Positions 12,676-25,365 of a stretch of 64,000 nt of DNA are shown here, in pieces. Origin of the DNA: Spirogloea muscicola (Eukaryota). Numbering within the stretch: position 1 is the first letter of the stretch; every line of letters starts with the position of its first letter. Made by a program: the position numbers and the translations under genes. The stretch is taken from the NCBI GenBank assembly GCA_009602725.1, contig WELB01000021.1:741502-805501 (forward strand), in the 5' to 3' direction. The notes below the pieces were generated by a model. That model did no database searches and was not told where the DNA came from. It saw only the letters and a list, made by a program, of their open reading frames with translations.

Positions 12676-13510
12676 TTACTCAGCTGCCATTGTGAAAGTG
12701 GAGAATTGTGCAATCACGATCTTGCCCGGGTGGATTTTTGACGGCCATGGTGATCTGGAGAATATCAAGACCTTGTCTGAGGACCTGCTACACTGCACGC
12801 AGCAGATTGAGGAGCTGAAAGAACAGCAAAGAACTTTTGCCGAAAAGGATAATAATCTTGTCATGCATCTGGCACTGCAAGATGCGGCTGGCAAGCTTGT
12901 GGAAGCAATCAATGAAGCTCATCGGGAATGCAGTACCATATTGAAGGTCAATATACTAGCTTTGCGATTCTTTCCGCACTACTGCAAGAGTGCATGTTGT
13001 CGATCATCTGCTTCTCAGTGAAGTACCATTGATGGCTAGAAAGTGATGGCTTGATGTACGACGCATGGAGCAGCTTCGGGAGTATAAGTTTGCAGGAGCA
13101 TCTGACGCATCTGTGCCGGTGCTAACACACCGAGACTGAGCCCGTGCAGATCAATCTGTACACAGAGATGTTCATGCATGGTGCCCCTTGCAGAGTCGTT
13201 ACATCATATTGACTGTAAGAAGCTGCTGTAGGCCTGGCTCCAAGGCTGCTGTTCAAAGCGTCCCCTCTACATTGCTCGAGGAGTTTTTGAGGTCCGACAA
13301 GCTGTTCATGTGGGGCTCCTAAAGGCTGCACAGAAGACCAAGGTAACAGTCTTGCCTCAGCAGCTGTTGCTTGCGAAGGTCAGTTGACAGCTAGAATAAA
13401 TGAATGTGTTGACAATCTGATGCATGATACAGATTCAGCCTTCAGTTGGAGATCTGCAGCCTGTGAAACTGCTGTGCACAACATTGTACAGGCATATAAT
13501 TCGAAGTAAC
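12676..13510 (+). pseudogene. Unknown multi-exon family, copy C
   Basis: AITILPGW...AGKLVEAINEAHRECSTILK|GT (donor 12946/12947) matches the conserved first exon. Downstream similarity is weak. Confidence 0.5.
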
Positions 13511-13829
13511 CTGCCTGTCATCGCCTTGGTCCTGCTCGTGTTCACAAAAAGGAGAGAATTGGGCGCCAAGTCCAGCTGGGAGAGGTGCCCTCATAATCAG
13601 ATGCACATGACTACTTGTAGTATTCGCATATCAAGAGGCTTGGCTTCGGCGTGGCCTTGTCAAGGATAAGTAGATTACTTGTACTTTGTGGCAATCCAAG
13701 TTCTCTGTAGGAAATATAAGCCCTCTCATATATCTGCTAGAACGATGTTGCTTGATTGAGATGACGAGGTCAATGAGTAGAGCTGTAGATCTAGTCTAGC
13801 TACACAGATAAATGGTGTAGTGGCATCAA

Positions 13830-15340
13830 GTAACGTTCTTATTGACAAAAGTCAAATTGTGAAAGAGCTTGACAAGGACATGTGTCACAAGACCTTGTCG
13901 GAACATGAATGCTTCACACTGACAATTCTTCAGCGTCTTGTCACCAATTCCTAGAGAATAGCTAGGCAAGCTAGTAAAGCTATACCCACGATAATCTACA
14001 AGCTGTGGCTGCCACGGACCATCAGACGTCCTATCATTCTGTTGATAAACATAGGTATGTTGAGTCTCATCGCTTGCTAGTGCCCAACTATGGCGGAGCC
14101 CTGCGCCAAGCACTCACGCACCATTCTTCACAGGCAGTTGTGCACTGGATATTTTGCCCAACGTGGCCTTCAGCATAAGGATAGATCTTGTAGGGATAGA
14201 TCAGCTAGCCTCTGCGGTGAGTCCCTACCAGGTACGTTGAAACCGTAGCTTGCCCGACTAGGTAGTCTCCAGATATACTCATCAGCAGATTGACTATACC
14301 CGTGTCGAAACTGAGTATGTGGTGAAGCCCAAGCTGAAACTGCTCAGTAAGACATGGGGTGACTTGGAAGGCTTGTAAAGCAGAGCTACAGAGGGGCACT
14401 GGACTGATAATCCTCATGCGCAAGCGCCCGGGCAATTAGGATGGCACCTGAACGAAGTCGCCTGCTCGTGTGTTTCTCGTTTTCACTATGTCCCGCACCT
14501 CGATGTGGGTTTTGTTTACTTTAGTGTGAGCAGGTGTTGTTGGGTCTAAGGACAGGGAAGAAGCCCGCAGATGCAGCAATTTGTGAGGAAGTACATCTTA
14601 CGCACTTGTCAAGGAATTGTGGATGGTTGCTGATAATTACACTCGTTATAAGGATCCTTGCTAATCTCGTCTTTTTTGGTCATGGCTTGCGATCTATTTA
14701 TTTCCTCGCCGTTGTTGTTCTTGCATGAGACAGCCTACCTGAATGATGACTTCTGTTGGTGTAACTGAACATGCATTGCGCTCTCCAGGCTTGCTTTGAT
14801 CCTACACTGTTGCATATGAATACATAAAAGTTGGTGTAATTGTGATCTCTGACCTGTGCACTTTAACCTGCATGATGTTCGGCTGCCTGCGTTGTGTTGC
14901 TCAAATGCCTGCAATACTTTGCCGACGAGGAAGTCAAAACTGAATGAGAGTTCTAAGATCCAGAAAATGCTGAGCATCTCGGAGCTCCTCCTTGAGAGCC
15001 AGGTGCACAACAGCACCTGCTGATATCCAAGAAGGCCGTTGTACCAGTGAGCTGCATGTCTAGACTGCTGTTTCTTCGGGTTCCTGTGCTTAGTCCGGGT
15101 GGTCCTCCACGGCAGGTGATAACGGAAGAATTTCAGCAAGACAAGCAAAGGGAAGCCTACTGCTGGTGGCCAATCAAGGCCTTGTCTCGATCGTTGCGAT
15201 CATCTCACCATCACTTGTCTCCAATATTGAATTCCTCTGAATTCCTCTGTGTACCTCTCTCCCACACTGGCTTCTTCACAGACCTGCTGACACGTGGCTG
15301 CTGCATCTGAACAATTGGCACATCACTGACACGATAGGCG
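13830..15340 (-). pseudogene. Possible copy D of the unknown family
   Basis: HWYNGLLGYQQVLLCTWLSRRSSEML resembles HWADHGIYGMTCSMKSTWLQAWFPSRRALEHL of copy F. The rest is heavily decayed. Confidence 0.3.
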
Positions 15341-15359
15341 TGCATCTTCGCCTCCTTTT

Positions 15360-16080
15360 GGGAGAGCGGAGAGAATGGAGTGTGTATTAAATGATGGAGG
15401 GCCTATGTGGCCAAGTACAAAGGCAAGCACATTGACATATGTACATCACCTGCTGCTAAGCTGACCCGCTCAGTAACCACGAGTAAGCACTTAGAGGTCG
15501 CTAACTGATGCCCGAATACCGGACGGCAATCGATCAGCTCATGTGCCACCAGCTAAGGCTCGACTAGCTTTCTGATGCAAACCACGAGCCTGAGCTCGCT
15601 GCAGACAGGGTGACACTTGACGTCGGAAAAATGACAAGTAGGCTGCCGGCATGCCCATCTGGGCTTGAAGCACATCCTCACGTCGTGAAAACCCCAGATT
15701 TGCGAAGGGGGGGGGGTGCGCACGAAATGAGAGGGTGGTGACCGAGCCAAGGAAAACGTTCGTCGCAGACCCTCTAGTTAGCGGCCGCAAGTCAGATAGA
15801 CTAGCCGCCGTAAAGCTGTCCCCTTGACGAAAGCCAGAGGCTGCACTAGAGCACGGCCAGCACGCAGGTGCAGACGCCCATAGAGAAAGAGGGGCTAGCA
15901 AAGCCAGCCCAGAAAGGAATGGACAGAATCCAAAGGCCACAAGAAGGTGCCGGAAAGAAAAACTACACAACGAGACACGAAAGACGCGAATGGAAGCTTA
16001 GAGTGAGCATACCCGAGTGAGCAACAGCAAATCAGAATAACTCGAAGCTGGGAAAGAGGCACTGCTTGCTTCTTCGCCAT
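15360..16080 (-). mobile_element. Stack of three CRE-like 3' remnants from different subfamilies
   Basis: 15360-15690 reads FRRQVSPCLQRAQARGLHQKASRAL...VLTRGY*. 15770-15870 reads AASGFRQGDSFTAASLSDLRPLTRG. 15880-16080 reads SYSDLLLLTR followed by a UTR like 9330-9470. Confidence 0.75.
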
Positions 16081-18599
16081 TGCCTTGCAATGGATAGAGC
16101 TGCTCGCCCTTCTTTCCCTTCTTACCCTCGTTCTAAGCTGCGCGTCAAGGGAAAGCCCGGCGTGATGGCAGCCCTCACCGCTGCGTTCGGCTCCGCCTGG
16201 GCCCGCGTTCGGCTTCTACGCGCCGTGTCCAGACCTCCCCACTTCGCCCCTTTCAAAGTCATATCCCCAGCTGCCTCCCTCGGGAACGCCGACAAGACTC
16301 GCACGCGGCCCGACCGGCGCAGCCATTGCGCGCGGCATTGCGCTATCACACAATAACTGCCGTCCCTTTCACTATAGGATTAGTGTTGTGCTACATTGAA
16401 CCAATGCATGCGCCTGACTTGGGGTTGGTCGTATGCTAGTGGAAACCGGCAGACCTCGCGGGTCGCTGCGACTGTGGAGTCCTCGGCAAGCGCAAGTGGT
16501 GGCTGCTGGCTCTTGCCGCGCTCGGCAACACCAGCAGCATCATCTCTGGCGTACTAATCATCCTGCAAGTACCTGCGGGCGCTGGAGTCAAGGAGCGTGT
16601 GCGGCCCTTCTATCTGCTATTTGCTGACGCAATTTATCACCAGCAGCAGCCCAGCTTACAGTCGCCATCGTAGGTAATAGCAGCCCGGCCTCTGCTTCGC
16701 CTGCAGTCAGCCTGGTCACTTCGCTTGTCGATATAAGCAGTGGACCCAGCAGCAGTAGTAGCAGCAGCAGCACAGGTGACTGAAATCAGAAACTCCTAGC
16801 AGCCCCTACCGAACGAGAAGCACGTGTGCTATAAGGTGGGACAGCAGGATGCTTCATGTGGAGGAGATGTAGCAACATCAGTAAGTCTGCTGAAGTCTAG
16901 GCGGTGGGAGAACAGGACCAGAGGACAAAGATGGCCTTTGTTTTGCCGACAACTCTAGGTGATGGTTGGTCCACTCTTTGCCAAAGCTTATATCAGTGGC
17001 TTGCGTGTGCCGGCCAATCTAGTTGTAAATTGAACTGCTGATAGTTGACATGTCCGGCAAGCAGGTTAAGTACGCCTGTCCTCGACTCTGATCACAATAC
17101 CGGCGATGCTGACAAGGTAAGGTGTGGTTGGCACCGCTTGCTGCGGCTAGGAGCGAGGCTTGGCCCAGATCTCCGACCCAGCTGCGGAGCAGGCTTTGGC
17201 GCAGACACAGGCTGCACTGGCGCCTGCCTCTACTACTCCCGGATTGGCAGGAGGCCTCCGGTACGTACATACTGGCAGAATCTAGCCCCAGCTTGCATCG
17301 CTGCGACCCTTTGTCTGGATGCAACATTACTACGGCCGGAACTCCCATTGGCCCAGACTGCTTCCCATGCGGGATGCTCGCCAACAGTGGTTGCAAACGA
17401 TTCCAAGCTGACAAGGGCAATGAATTGGCACTTTACCAGTCCTCAGCTCCCTGCTACCTAGGAGCCTCCATCTCCAGTATCTGTCTCCTGCTGGAGCCCA
17501 CCTCCTAGAATTTCACTACCAACCCCAGAGGATGACTGACTAGGGGCTTAGAAAGGACTGACGTCGCGAACGAGGCAGGAGGGGCCGCTCACTGCAACAT
17601 GTATACAGAATGGTGTATGGTGTACGGAATGGTGCATGGCCTGGGTCTCATCCGCCATTCTATATCGCAGGGTAAGTTTTTTACAAGGCCCAGCCCCAAT
17701 AATGACAGCGGCCACAAAGCAGCTTGGTGGCACAACGGCCTTTCTCGTTTTTGTGGCGTAGCTGAAAGAACAGCTACGACTTAGACTAGGTGCCTGCCAT
17801 TGACCCCAGGTTTAGGAGCGAGCATCTCCCACTCTTCCCCTCTTGTTAACCCCTTCCCTCCTAAGCATGATGCCCCTTGTCTTGCATCAAGCACAAGGTA
17901 ATGTTTCGCTAATGTTTCGAGTTAGAGCTGCTACTTACTTTTTAGGGGCAGTTGTGAATGCTAGCAAAATGCATGAGGGGGCGTCATCTTGCCCTTAACA
18001 CGTGCTACCAGCAACCAAACGAACGCCTCTCCGTAACCATTCACCCACTCTGTAATACGAATCTGTCCATCTTATGGCCGCTGACCAAGGGTCACTGAGG
18101 CTCGGCTTAGAGTGCTGCTCTTGCTTTGATGAGCATCCCTCGCTGGTGCTGCTCGCTCAACTTTGTCTCTTCTTTGGGGTTGCCTCTCTCAGCCACCTAC
18201 ACACTCTTGGATGACGCTTCCATCGCAGATCACCACCTTTCCACTGCCTCCTACTGCGGCCTTTCGAGATGTAGGTGAAGAGGGGCCGCACGCTCCCCGT
18301 GCCCAACCTCCGGGAATGCCTAGACCGAGTGAGGGTGGCCATGTGCAGTCGTTCCTTCTGATGGGAGACAGCGGGGTTGGGGGGAGGTGCTTCTGAGTAG
18401 GTAAGGCTGACGCCTTGAGTAGACAAAAATTTTCATGCAGTTGTTGGCTTTGAAGGCCAGCTTTATAAGAATGAACAGTGGCAACAGGGACGCCAGACAC
18501 AAAACCGCAAATTTACACCCAGTAGCATTAGTGGTTGCTATACAGCTGACAGCTATTATGGTATTAATTTGACGCTGGGTAGTGGCACGAGGCTAGGCG

Positions 18600-18757
18600 G
18601 AGGGGAATGCGCGCCCATAGAGAAGAGGGGCTGGCAAAGCCAGCCCAAAAAAGAATGGACAATGTCCAAAGCCAAAGAAAGAGGAGCCGGAGAAACTACA
18701 AAACACTGCAGAACACAGAAACCTTGCAGAGGAAAGCTCAGTACCCACGAGTGAGCA
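18600..18757 (-). mobile_element. Young 3' remnant of the 9328-10640 subfamily
   Basis: Near-identical to 9335-9490, including LTRGY*. A further UTR-only copy lies at 21790-21880. Confidence 0.8.
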
Positions 18758-18899
18758 GGGCAGGAAGCCACGCCAACTGCCCTCTTCCCCCCACCTCAAT
18801 TGTCACCTCGGTCAGGCCCTCCATCACTCACCTCGGCCTTCTTCCCGAGGCCCTCCACTTGTCCGTGTTGCCTCGCCGGTTAAGATGGCATGGCTTGGC

Positions 18900-20340
18900 T
18901 CCGGTCAGAATTGCATCATTAAGGGGGCCCTTAACACTATCAGCCAACAGCCGTGTGCTTTCTTCTGCTCTCCTGTAATTCTGGCATGAACAGCGCAGCA
19001 AGCTACATACACTGCGCTGATGCCATCGGTGGTGATGCTCTCTGTACATCGGACTACAAAGAGACTGGCAGCTCCACGACAGCGAAGCTGCGGTCTCTCA
19101 TGCGTGGCTCCAGGGTCTTGAGAGTAGGCCGCCTGGTGGTACGTCCTGCCATGCCTAAGCTGGTGCTGGGCTGAACTTGGCTCCTCTGAGTCGGAAAGGA
19201 AGGCCGCAGTGCTTTCAGAGCAGACTTCCTCTCTTTGCAGGCTGTAGGTGGAGTGAGCCAACCAACTAGCGCATAGCATCAGCAGGATTGCGTCTGCAGG
19301 CGGCTTGCTCGTGGCTGCGCCGCGGGTCCGTGCTGAAACTCTTACACTGGGATCCTGGCGTAGGCGAGGCCTTTAAGAAGGCAGGTAAGCTTCACGTTGG
19401 CAGCTCTGTCCTCCATGACATAGCCAAGCCTAGCCACTTGAGGCAGCCCTGGGCCAGCTGCCTCGCTCGCTTCCTCTGTACTTGGCCGCTCTGGCCCTCT
19501 GTCACCCAAAAAACCATCTCACCCCTTCCATCCCATGGGGCAACTCAGGCCTGCCCTTCGTGGACCCGAAGAAATCCTTTCAAATAGGGCGTCAAGCTGA
19601 AAGCTTTCTATCTTACTCCACTCGATCCGCCGGACCTGGCCCGTTTCAACATTCCTGTTAGGTATGCCACGAAGACGGCCGCCTGCTGGCCTACAGTCTG
19701 CTGTCACCCGCCTCTGTGGACGTCCTGCTGCAAATGTGTTGATCTTTCAAAAAGCAAGGCAGCATATACAGAGCTACTGATTTCGTGTAGAAGTCATGCA
19801 GCTCAAAAGTCCATCGATGCTCGGGCCGCCGTGCTTGCCCTGCATAGTGAGTTGATACTGCAGAAGAATGCGTCAGTGTAATGCAGCACCATGGCTGCAT
19901 TTGGGCCTGGGAGCAAGTTCTTCCAGGATATCGTCCTCTAAGCCAGGCACCATTTAAGGAGCAAGCTAGAAAATTTGCAGCTACATGCGAGACCGACTTG
20001 CTGCCGTGGAACTTATGCATCTGCAGGAAACTTGTCCATCAGATGAATGTATCGTGGCAACACGTACAGTTGGGCACTGATATACGCTAGAATTTGCAGA
20101 GCCTAAGACTAGGAATGAACAATGTGCGGTCACTGCAAATCCGCCTTGTATTGACCGTCTTCCCGCCTTTCAAAATCTGGGCTGCGGTCATCCAGTATAA
20201 GAAAGAGTCGAGTCCAATCGCAAGTGTAGCCAGCTGCCAAGCCTCGTCACCATTTACAAGATGCAAATATTGCAAGTGCACCAGCGATCACAGGCCACTA
20301 CGAGACAGTACACCAGAGCAAAGTGGCAGCGCCAATGCAC
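18900..20340 (-). pseudogene. Unknown multi-exon family, copy E
   Basis: Ordered motifs SLVHL, WQLAT, HGSKSVSHVAANFLA, KDQHICS and AVHARITGE match copies G, J and K. Many stops and frameshifts are present. Confidence 0.45.
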
Positions 20341-22249
20341 CCCACGAATGCAGGGCACTAGCTTACCAGTCATTCAAAAATAACACAATTATGAAGCGGT
20401 TAAGAGGCACGCTCTGTCTGACCCAAACACTACACCCATACCCTAAGCCTTTACCAGCATTTAGACAGAAAGATTATGTCTTTAGCACTTGTCAATCTAG
20501 CCTGCCACCGAAAGGGGATCAGAACCGCAGCTTTCTGATGTCTCAAGGATGAAGAGCCACTTTCTCTGCAAGCAGAATCGAAGCATATCAGGAATTATGC
20601 AATCGAGTATCGGTTACCTGTGCCTGCAGGCTGATTATGCAGGCTGCGAAGCTCATGTAATTGAAGATGGTCACCATCATAGGTAGTCAGCACAGACGTA
20701 AGCATCAGGCTTGTCTGTGTAATATCTTTGTGAGCACTGCTGCCCGAATTGGACAACAACATTTGCTGTTCGTCAGACTGTGGTACGACATGTTCTTATC
20801 CAGTCAAGTCAGACCTCTGTAATTAATGCTCTAGGTAGGTGATTAAACCTTGACCCATCCATCACCTAATTCCTTAAGCCCGCTGCTCTGCTTCAACCCC
20901 CCCCCTTGGAAGCGGGCTCTCCATAGAAGGAAGTTCTGCAGAATTAGAATCTCACCGGGATCTGGAGGAATCACGCCCCAAAATGCCTGCCTCCGAGGCT
21001 GCCATTGGCGGAGTTGCAGTGTACGCCCTCTACCGGCGCGCTCGACCACCCAGGTAGGGGCCTGCGAGTTTGTAGGATTTTCTTTTCTGTGACCCACATG
21101 GGCGGCGCCAAGGGGGCTGTTGTAGGCCCCATCACCAGGGCTGTTGAGGCTCCAATTCACGGACTCGCGCCCGAATGGGCACACTGTGGGCGAGTCAATG
21201 GGGGGGGCCGCAAATGCAGAGAGGAATCTTGGCCAAAGATCCAAGAATCTCCCTGGAACCTGCGAAGTTACCCTGCTTCGGAGCGCCCATCCCGGGGGGC
21301 TGGTGCCTGGCCAGGTCACGAGACCGCCCGCACGGACAATGGGTTGTGTGTGACAACCAACGTACCTTATAAAGCACCGCATGGCCCATTTGACACCGAC
21401 CCTTCAGCTAGGCCCCCCGCAACCCACCCATCTTAGATATCCGCCCAAGTGGGGTGTCGCTCCCACATCCCCGCGATGGCCGCCGCAGAAGGCGCCGCCG
21501 GTCGCGGCAAAGTTTGATGCGTCGCCCCCCTTCGCCTCATTAACAGAAAGAAAGTGGCTCTCTCAATGGGGGCTCTCTTAATGGGTAAAATTGCACCATA
21601 TCATCAGATCACCAGCGGCTTGTACAGAGGAAGTCGGCGCTCTTAGTGATCAATTGCGCCACCCCGGCACGGCGACCCATTCACATTCTCTGAGCACGCC
21701 TTTCCACGAAAGCTTCATATCACGTGGCGATGCAACTACCACGAAGGTTGCTTGAGTCGGTTGCCGAGAAATCCGTGGAAAGAGGGAGAGAAGTGCGCGC
21801 CCATAGAGAAGAGGGGCTGGCAAAGCCAGCCTAAAAAAGAATGGACAATGTCCAAAGCCAAAGAAAGAGGAGCCGGAAAAAGAGGAAGGGCTCCCTTAGA
21901 GAAGAGGGGCAGGAAGTGGGGCGAGGGTTGTGAAAAGGCACTTCACAAACGAACGAACAAAGGGCAGCAGAACAGGGTTCAACACCCCCCATCCCGATGA
22001 AGCTCCTGATATCTTTAGACTGCCCACTTCGCGATGTGAAGCGCGTGCCGGATCTCGCGCAGTGAATCCCGCCGGAAATCGCGGTGCCGCCCTCGTGCCC
22101 GGCTCAAGCCGGGAGGGGGGCCGGTGGCGACGGCAGCGGCGGCAGTCGGCGGTCACAGTGGCCAAACGCCGGGGGGCCGCCGGCCTCAGGGCCAATAGTG
22201 AGGCGGGCACACGTGCCAGCCGGGAGGGAGGGAGGGAGGGAGACTGACG

Positions 22250-22318
22250 TACGGCTGCTGATATTTAAAGAGCGGCCAGATGCATACAGGTGTTCATGAC
22301 GGAGCCACAGGCTAGAGA
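22250..22318 (-). mobile_element. Short antisense CRE-like 3' UTR remnant upstream of the PstS-like gene
   Basis: The reverse complement, ctagcctgtggctccgtcatgaacacctgtatgcatctggc, is almost identical to about 54000-54040 and related to 6859-6960. Confidence 0.75.
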
Positions 22319-22460
22319 GGGAGGGAGGGGGCCCGGGAAGAGAGTAGGGGGAAGGGGGGGAGAGTGGGCGAGGCATGGGGGAGTGGAGAGGGAGGGGGTC
22401 GGGGAGGGAGGGGGGATGCATTTCCGGGTGCAGAGGGAAAGGGGAACAGTGACAGGGCCC
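22315..22460 (+). repeat. G-rich purine tract (potential G-quadruplex)
   Basis: More than ten runs of three or more G separated by short loops. Confidence 0.6.
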
Positions 22461-22539
22461 TGCGTGTATGAGGGCTCCCCAGCCACAGCTCTGCCACCCC
22501 AGCGCACTCGCCCTCCCTGCGCACCTCAGCCAAGCAGCC

Positions 22540-23709
22540 ATGGCTCGGCTTGCCGTTGCCGCCTTGGCCCTCGCCTGTGCCGTCTCCGCCTTTGCCGCCT
22601 GCTCCCCATCCACCGCCAAGTACTTTGGTGGCGCCACCTCCGTCCAAATCCTGGAGAACCAGGTCCTCTTCACCTACGGCACCTATGGTTGCTACGCCTC
22701 TGTCGGGTAAGGGTCTGACTACCCTGGTTTCCATTCGCGGTTTTCTTCGAGCAATACCTGCCAGAAGAGAGTCTGCCTTGTGGATGCATCCTTCATTGTC
22801 CTGACGACCGTCCGTCCATTCTGAAGGGGATCCCTTCCAATGCAAAGACTGATTGCCATGCATGTACCTTTTTTGGTGCCTGCCAGTTCCGGAGCCGGTT
22901 ACACCGGCTTCAAGGCCAATACCTACCAGGTTGCCTCATCTGACGCGGCCATGACAACCGCCCAGGAGAGTGGCTTGGGCTTCAGCAAGCTCACCATTCC
23001 TCAGGGCCTGCAGTCTTACTCCATCCTCTACAATGGCGGCACTCGGCTGGCGCTGTCTTGCCAGAGCCTTGCTGACCTCTACTCTGGCTACTCCGTCGCC
23101 ATTGGCGGTGGTGCCATTACTGTCCCAGTCGGTCGCTCCGACTCCTCCGGCACAACCTTTGTCTTCTCTTCCTACCTGAATCTGTGCACTGCTAGTGGTT
23201 CCCGCCCGTGGCCCGCGTCCAAGGTCGGCGAAACTGTCGCGTGGGGCTCCCCTCGCCTGGTCACTGCCGCCGGCTCCGGCGGCGTTGCTTCATACGTTCT
23301 CTCCCGCCCTGGTTCCCTCACCTATCTTGGTAATCCAGTTGCCGCTACCTTGGTTACCGGCAACATCCGCATCGCTTTCACAAACAACCATGCTGACCAG
23401 AACTACCAAGGTAGCTCATGCTTTGTGACCAGTGCCGTCCCCATATCTTTACCGTCTGCTACAGCCACCTGGTCTAAAGTCAGGACCATTTTCCAGCCTG
23501 GCTCCGGTGTCTGCCCTATGGTATCATTCGTCTACATCTGGGCCCGCAAAACATACCTCCCTGGCATTCCCACTGTTACTCAAACAAAAGCTTTCCTCAA
23601 CTTCACATACTCCACCTCCGGTCAAAACCTCCTCCCTCCCCTTGGCTTTGTAGGTGTACCCTCCAGCCTTCTCACCCAGAACAGGAATGCTGTTGTTACC
23701 ATTACATAG
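22540..23709 (+). CDS. pstS: Secreted PstS/DING-like phosphate-binding protein, 329 aa; exons 22540-22706 and 22887-23709
   Basis: Has a signal peptide (MARLAVAALALACAVSAFAAC). A phase-2 GT-AG intron joins the frames to give YASVGSGAG. The motifs GGATS, SVGSGAG, SSDAAMT, GRSDSSGTTFVFSSYL, GSGGVASYV..PGSLTY and PMVSFVYI follow PstS/DING order and include the phosphate-ligand residues. No stops. Confidence 0.88.
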
Positions 23710-24900
23710 TTTTGCACAATAACTGCTAGCCAGTTTGGTAAAATGACAGCTCAAATTTGATACAAATGAAAAAGTGAACACTGGTTGAACAATATGAAAG
23801 AATATTTTTTTCTGTGTAACAAAAACTCCAAAAGTTGACCAATGATGACCAATGACCAATGATACACTACAACAATAACGGATTGTACAAACGAGAAGTG
23901 AACAGGAGTCGAACAATATGAAAATAAATTTTGTAAAACACTATATTCTTCGAAAATTGACACTAAAATAAGAAGAAAAAAAAATTGTAAATATTAAAAC
24001 AATGTCACGGACATATGACTGTAACATTCCAACAATATTTAAGATGCATATGAATGAGTATATAACTATCAAAATCAACATAACAAACACGTGAAACATG
24101 AAACCTTTAAGCTAACACTCTCAGTAGACAAGCTAACTTGGTTTTAAAATATGTAATATTCAGAAAATTTGATTTTTTCAGAACTTCTTTAACAACCTCA
24201 ATACCATACATACATATGACACGCTACAAATATAATCAACTCAATGAAATGTAGTACACCTTTTAGTCGGCAAAATCTTCACCCAATACTAATATCTTAA
24301 CCAAAAAAAAGCACAACTGAGAAGTGAAATCTTCCAAATACAAAATTCTATCTCTAACTCGGTTACACAAGGATAGTTGACCATAAGGCAGAGTACGAAG
24401 CGAGAGTAGAAACTAAATGCTTCTATCCTATGGTCACAATCTTTGCAGTAACACGAATTTCCATTCTTTTTCCTTGAATAACAAACTATGAGGGGAATCG
24501 GTTAGATACGCCTTAGTAATCTTATCAATCACACCAGTATTACAGCTTGCAACCCTTCATATGACCGATTATTATGACCAAATCTTCAGCAGCGACCAAG
24601 CTACTTCATCATTACCGGATGTCATCTAGTCCGGGCTATACAATGCTGTTTCGCTGTAAATGCAGAAATCCTATCCTAGTGTATCAGATCTTTGGTTCTC
24701 ATCATAATCTCTTAAGGGTCTGCCTTTCTCATGCAAAGGATAGAAAATTTCAAATCGTTACATTGCGTCTATCGTATTGTGATTTTATTGCTAGGTACAC
24801 CAAAATTCAAAGCAACACATAATATCAACAATACTATCTGTACCAGTGGTAGCTGTTTAACTCCGCCTGTTACTACGGACCACTTTACAGGCCCGCAGAT
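23710..24900. other. Sharply AT-rich non-coding island
   Basis: Abrupt compositional switch immediately after the stop codon, with A-tracts and no credible ORF. No other part of the window looks like it. Confidence 0.7.
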
Positions 24901-25365
24901 ACACCTCTTGAATCATGTTTGAACTCAGAAGTACTGGTTAAGCGTCTTTTCCGATCTACACGAGGTGGCTGATAGATTTTCGAAGCGTGAATTTGCACAT
25001 ATCAAAAAATGTGAGAGAACACATTGTCTCAGTCGCTCTTCAGCTGACATGCAAAGAACAGAACCAGCACAAAAGGGACCTGTTTTTGCTCAGCTGTTGC
25101 TGGTAGAGCTGCTTCTTGAACCACCTGAGACATGTTGGCACCAGTACTATTCTGAAGCATGGTACTCAGTCTCTTTATCGTCCAAGCAAGATCGCTGACA
25201 TAACACTGGGTGCTGTGTGCATCCTTGTCTAGTTGTAACTCAGTGATAACAACTGACTGTGTGTACATCTGAAGCTACTCTAGCTCTAGGCAGGTGAGGC
25301 ACTTTTGTCAGTGTAGTAATTGTGAATTTAAAACTGGCTGGATAACGTGCAATTCCAGCTCCCAG

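Noticed and set aside
16400..17800. Cys-rich reading frames suggesting a secreted protein
   Set aside because: No consistent exon model or recognisable domain; at most a decayed remnant.
20840..21560. Possible solo LTR (also 9065-9320)
   Set aside because: No TG...CA termini, target-site duplication or second copy could be identified in the window.
21400..22540. P1BS (GNATATNC) phosphate-starvation element upstream of the PstS-like gene
   Set aside because: No exact match was found by eye, only partial ATAT cores.
22540..24900. Bacterial contaminant contig for the PstS-like gene
   Set aside because: A frame-restoring GT-AG intron splits a conserved motif, host repeats lie directly upstream, and there is no pst operon.
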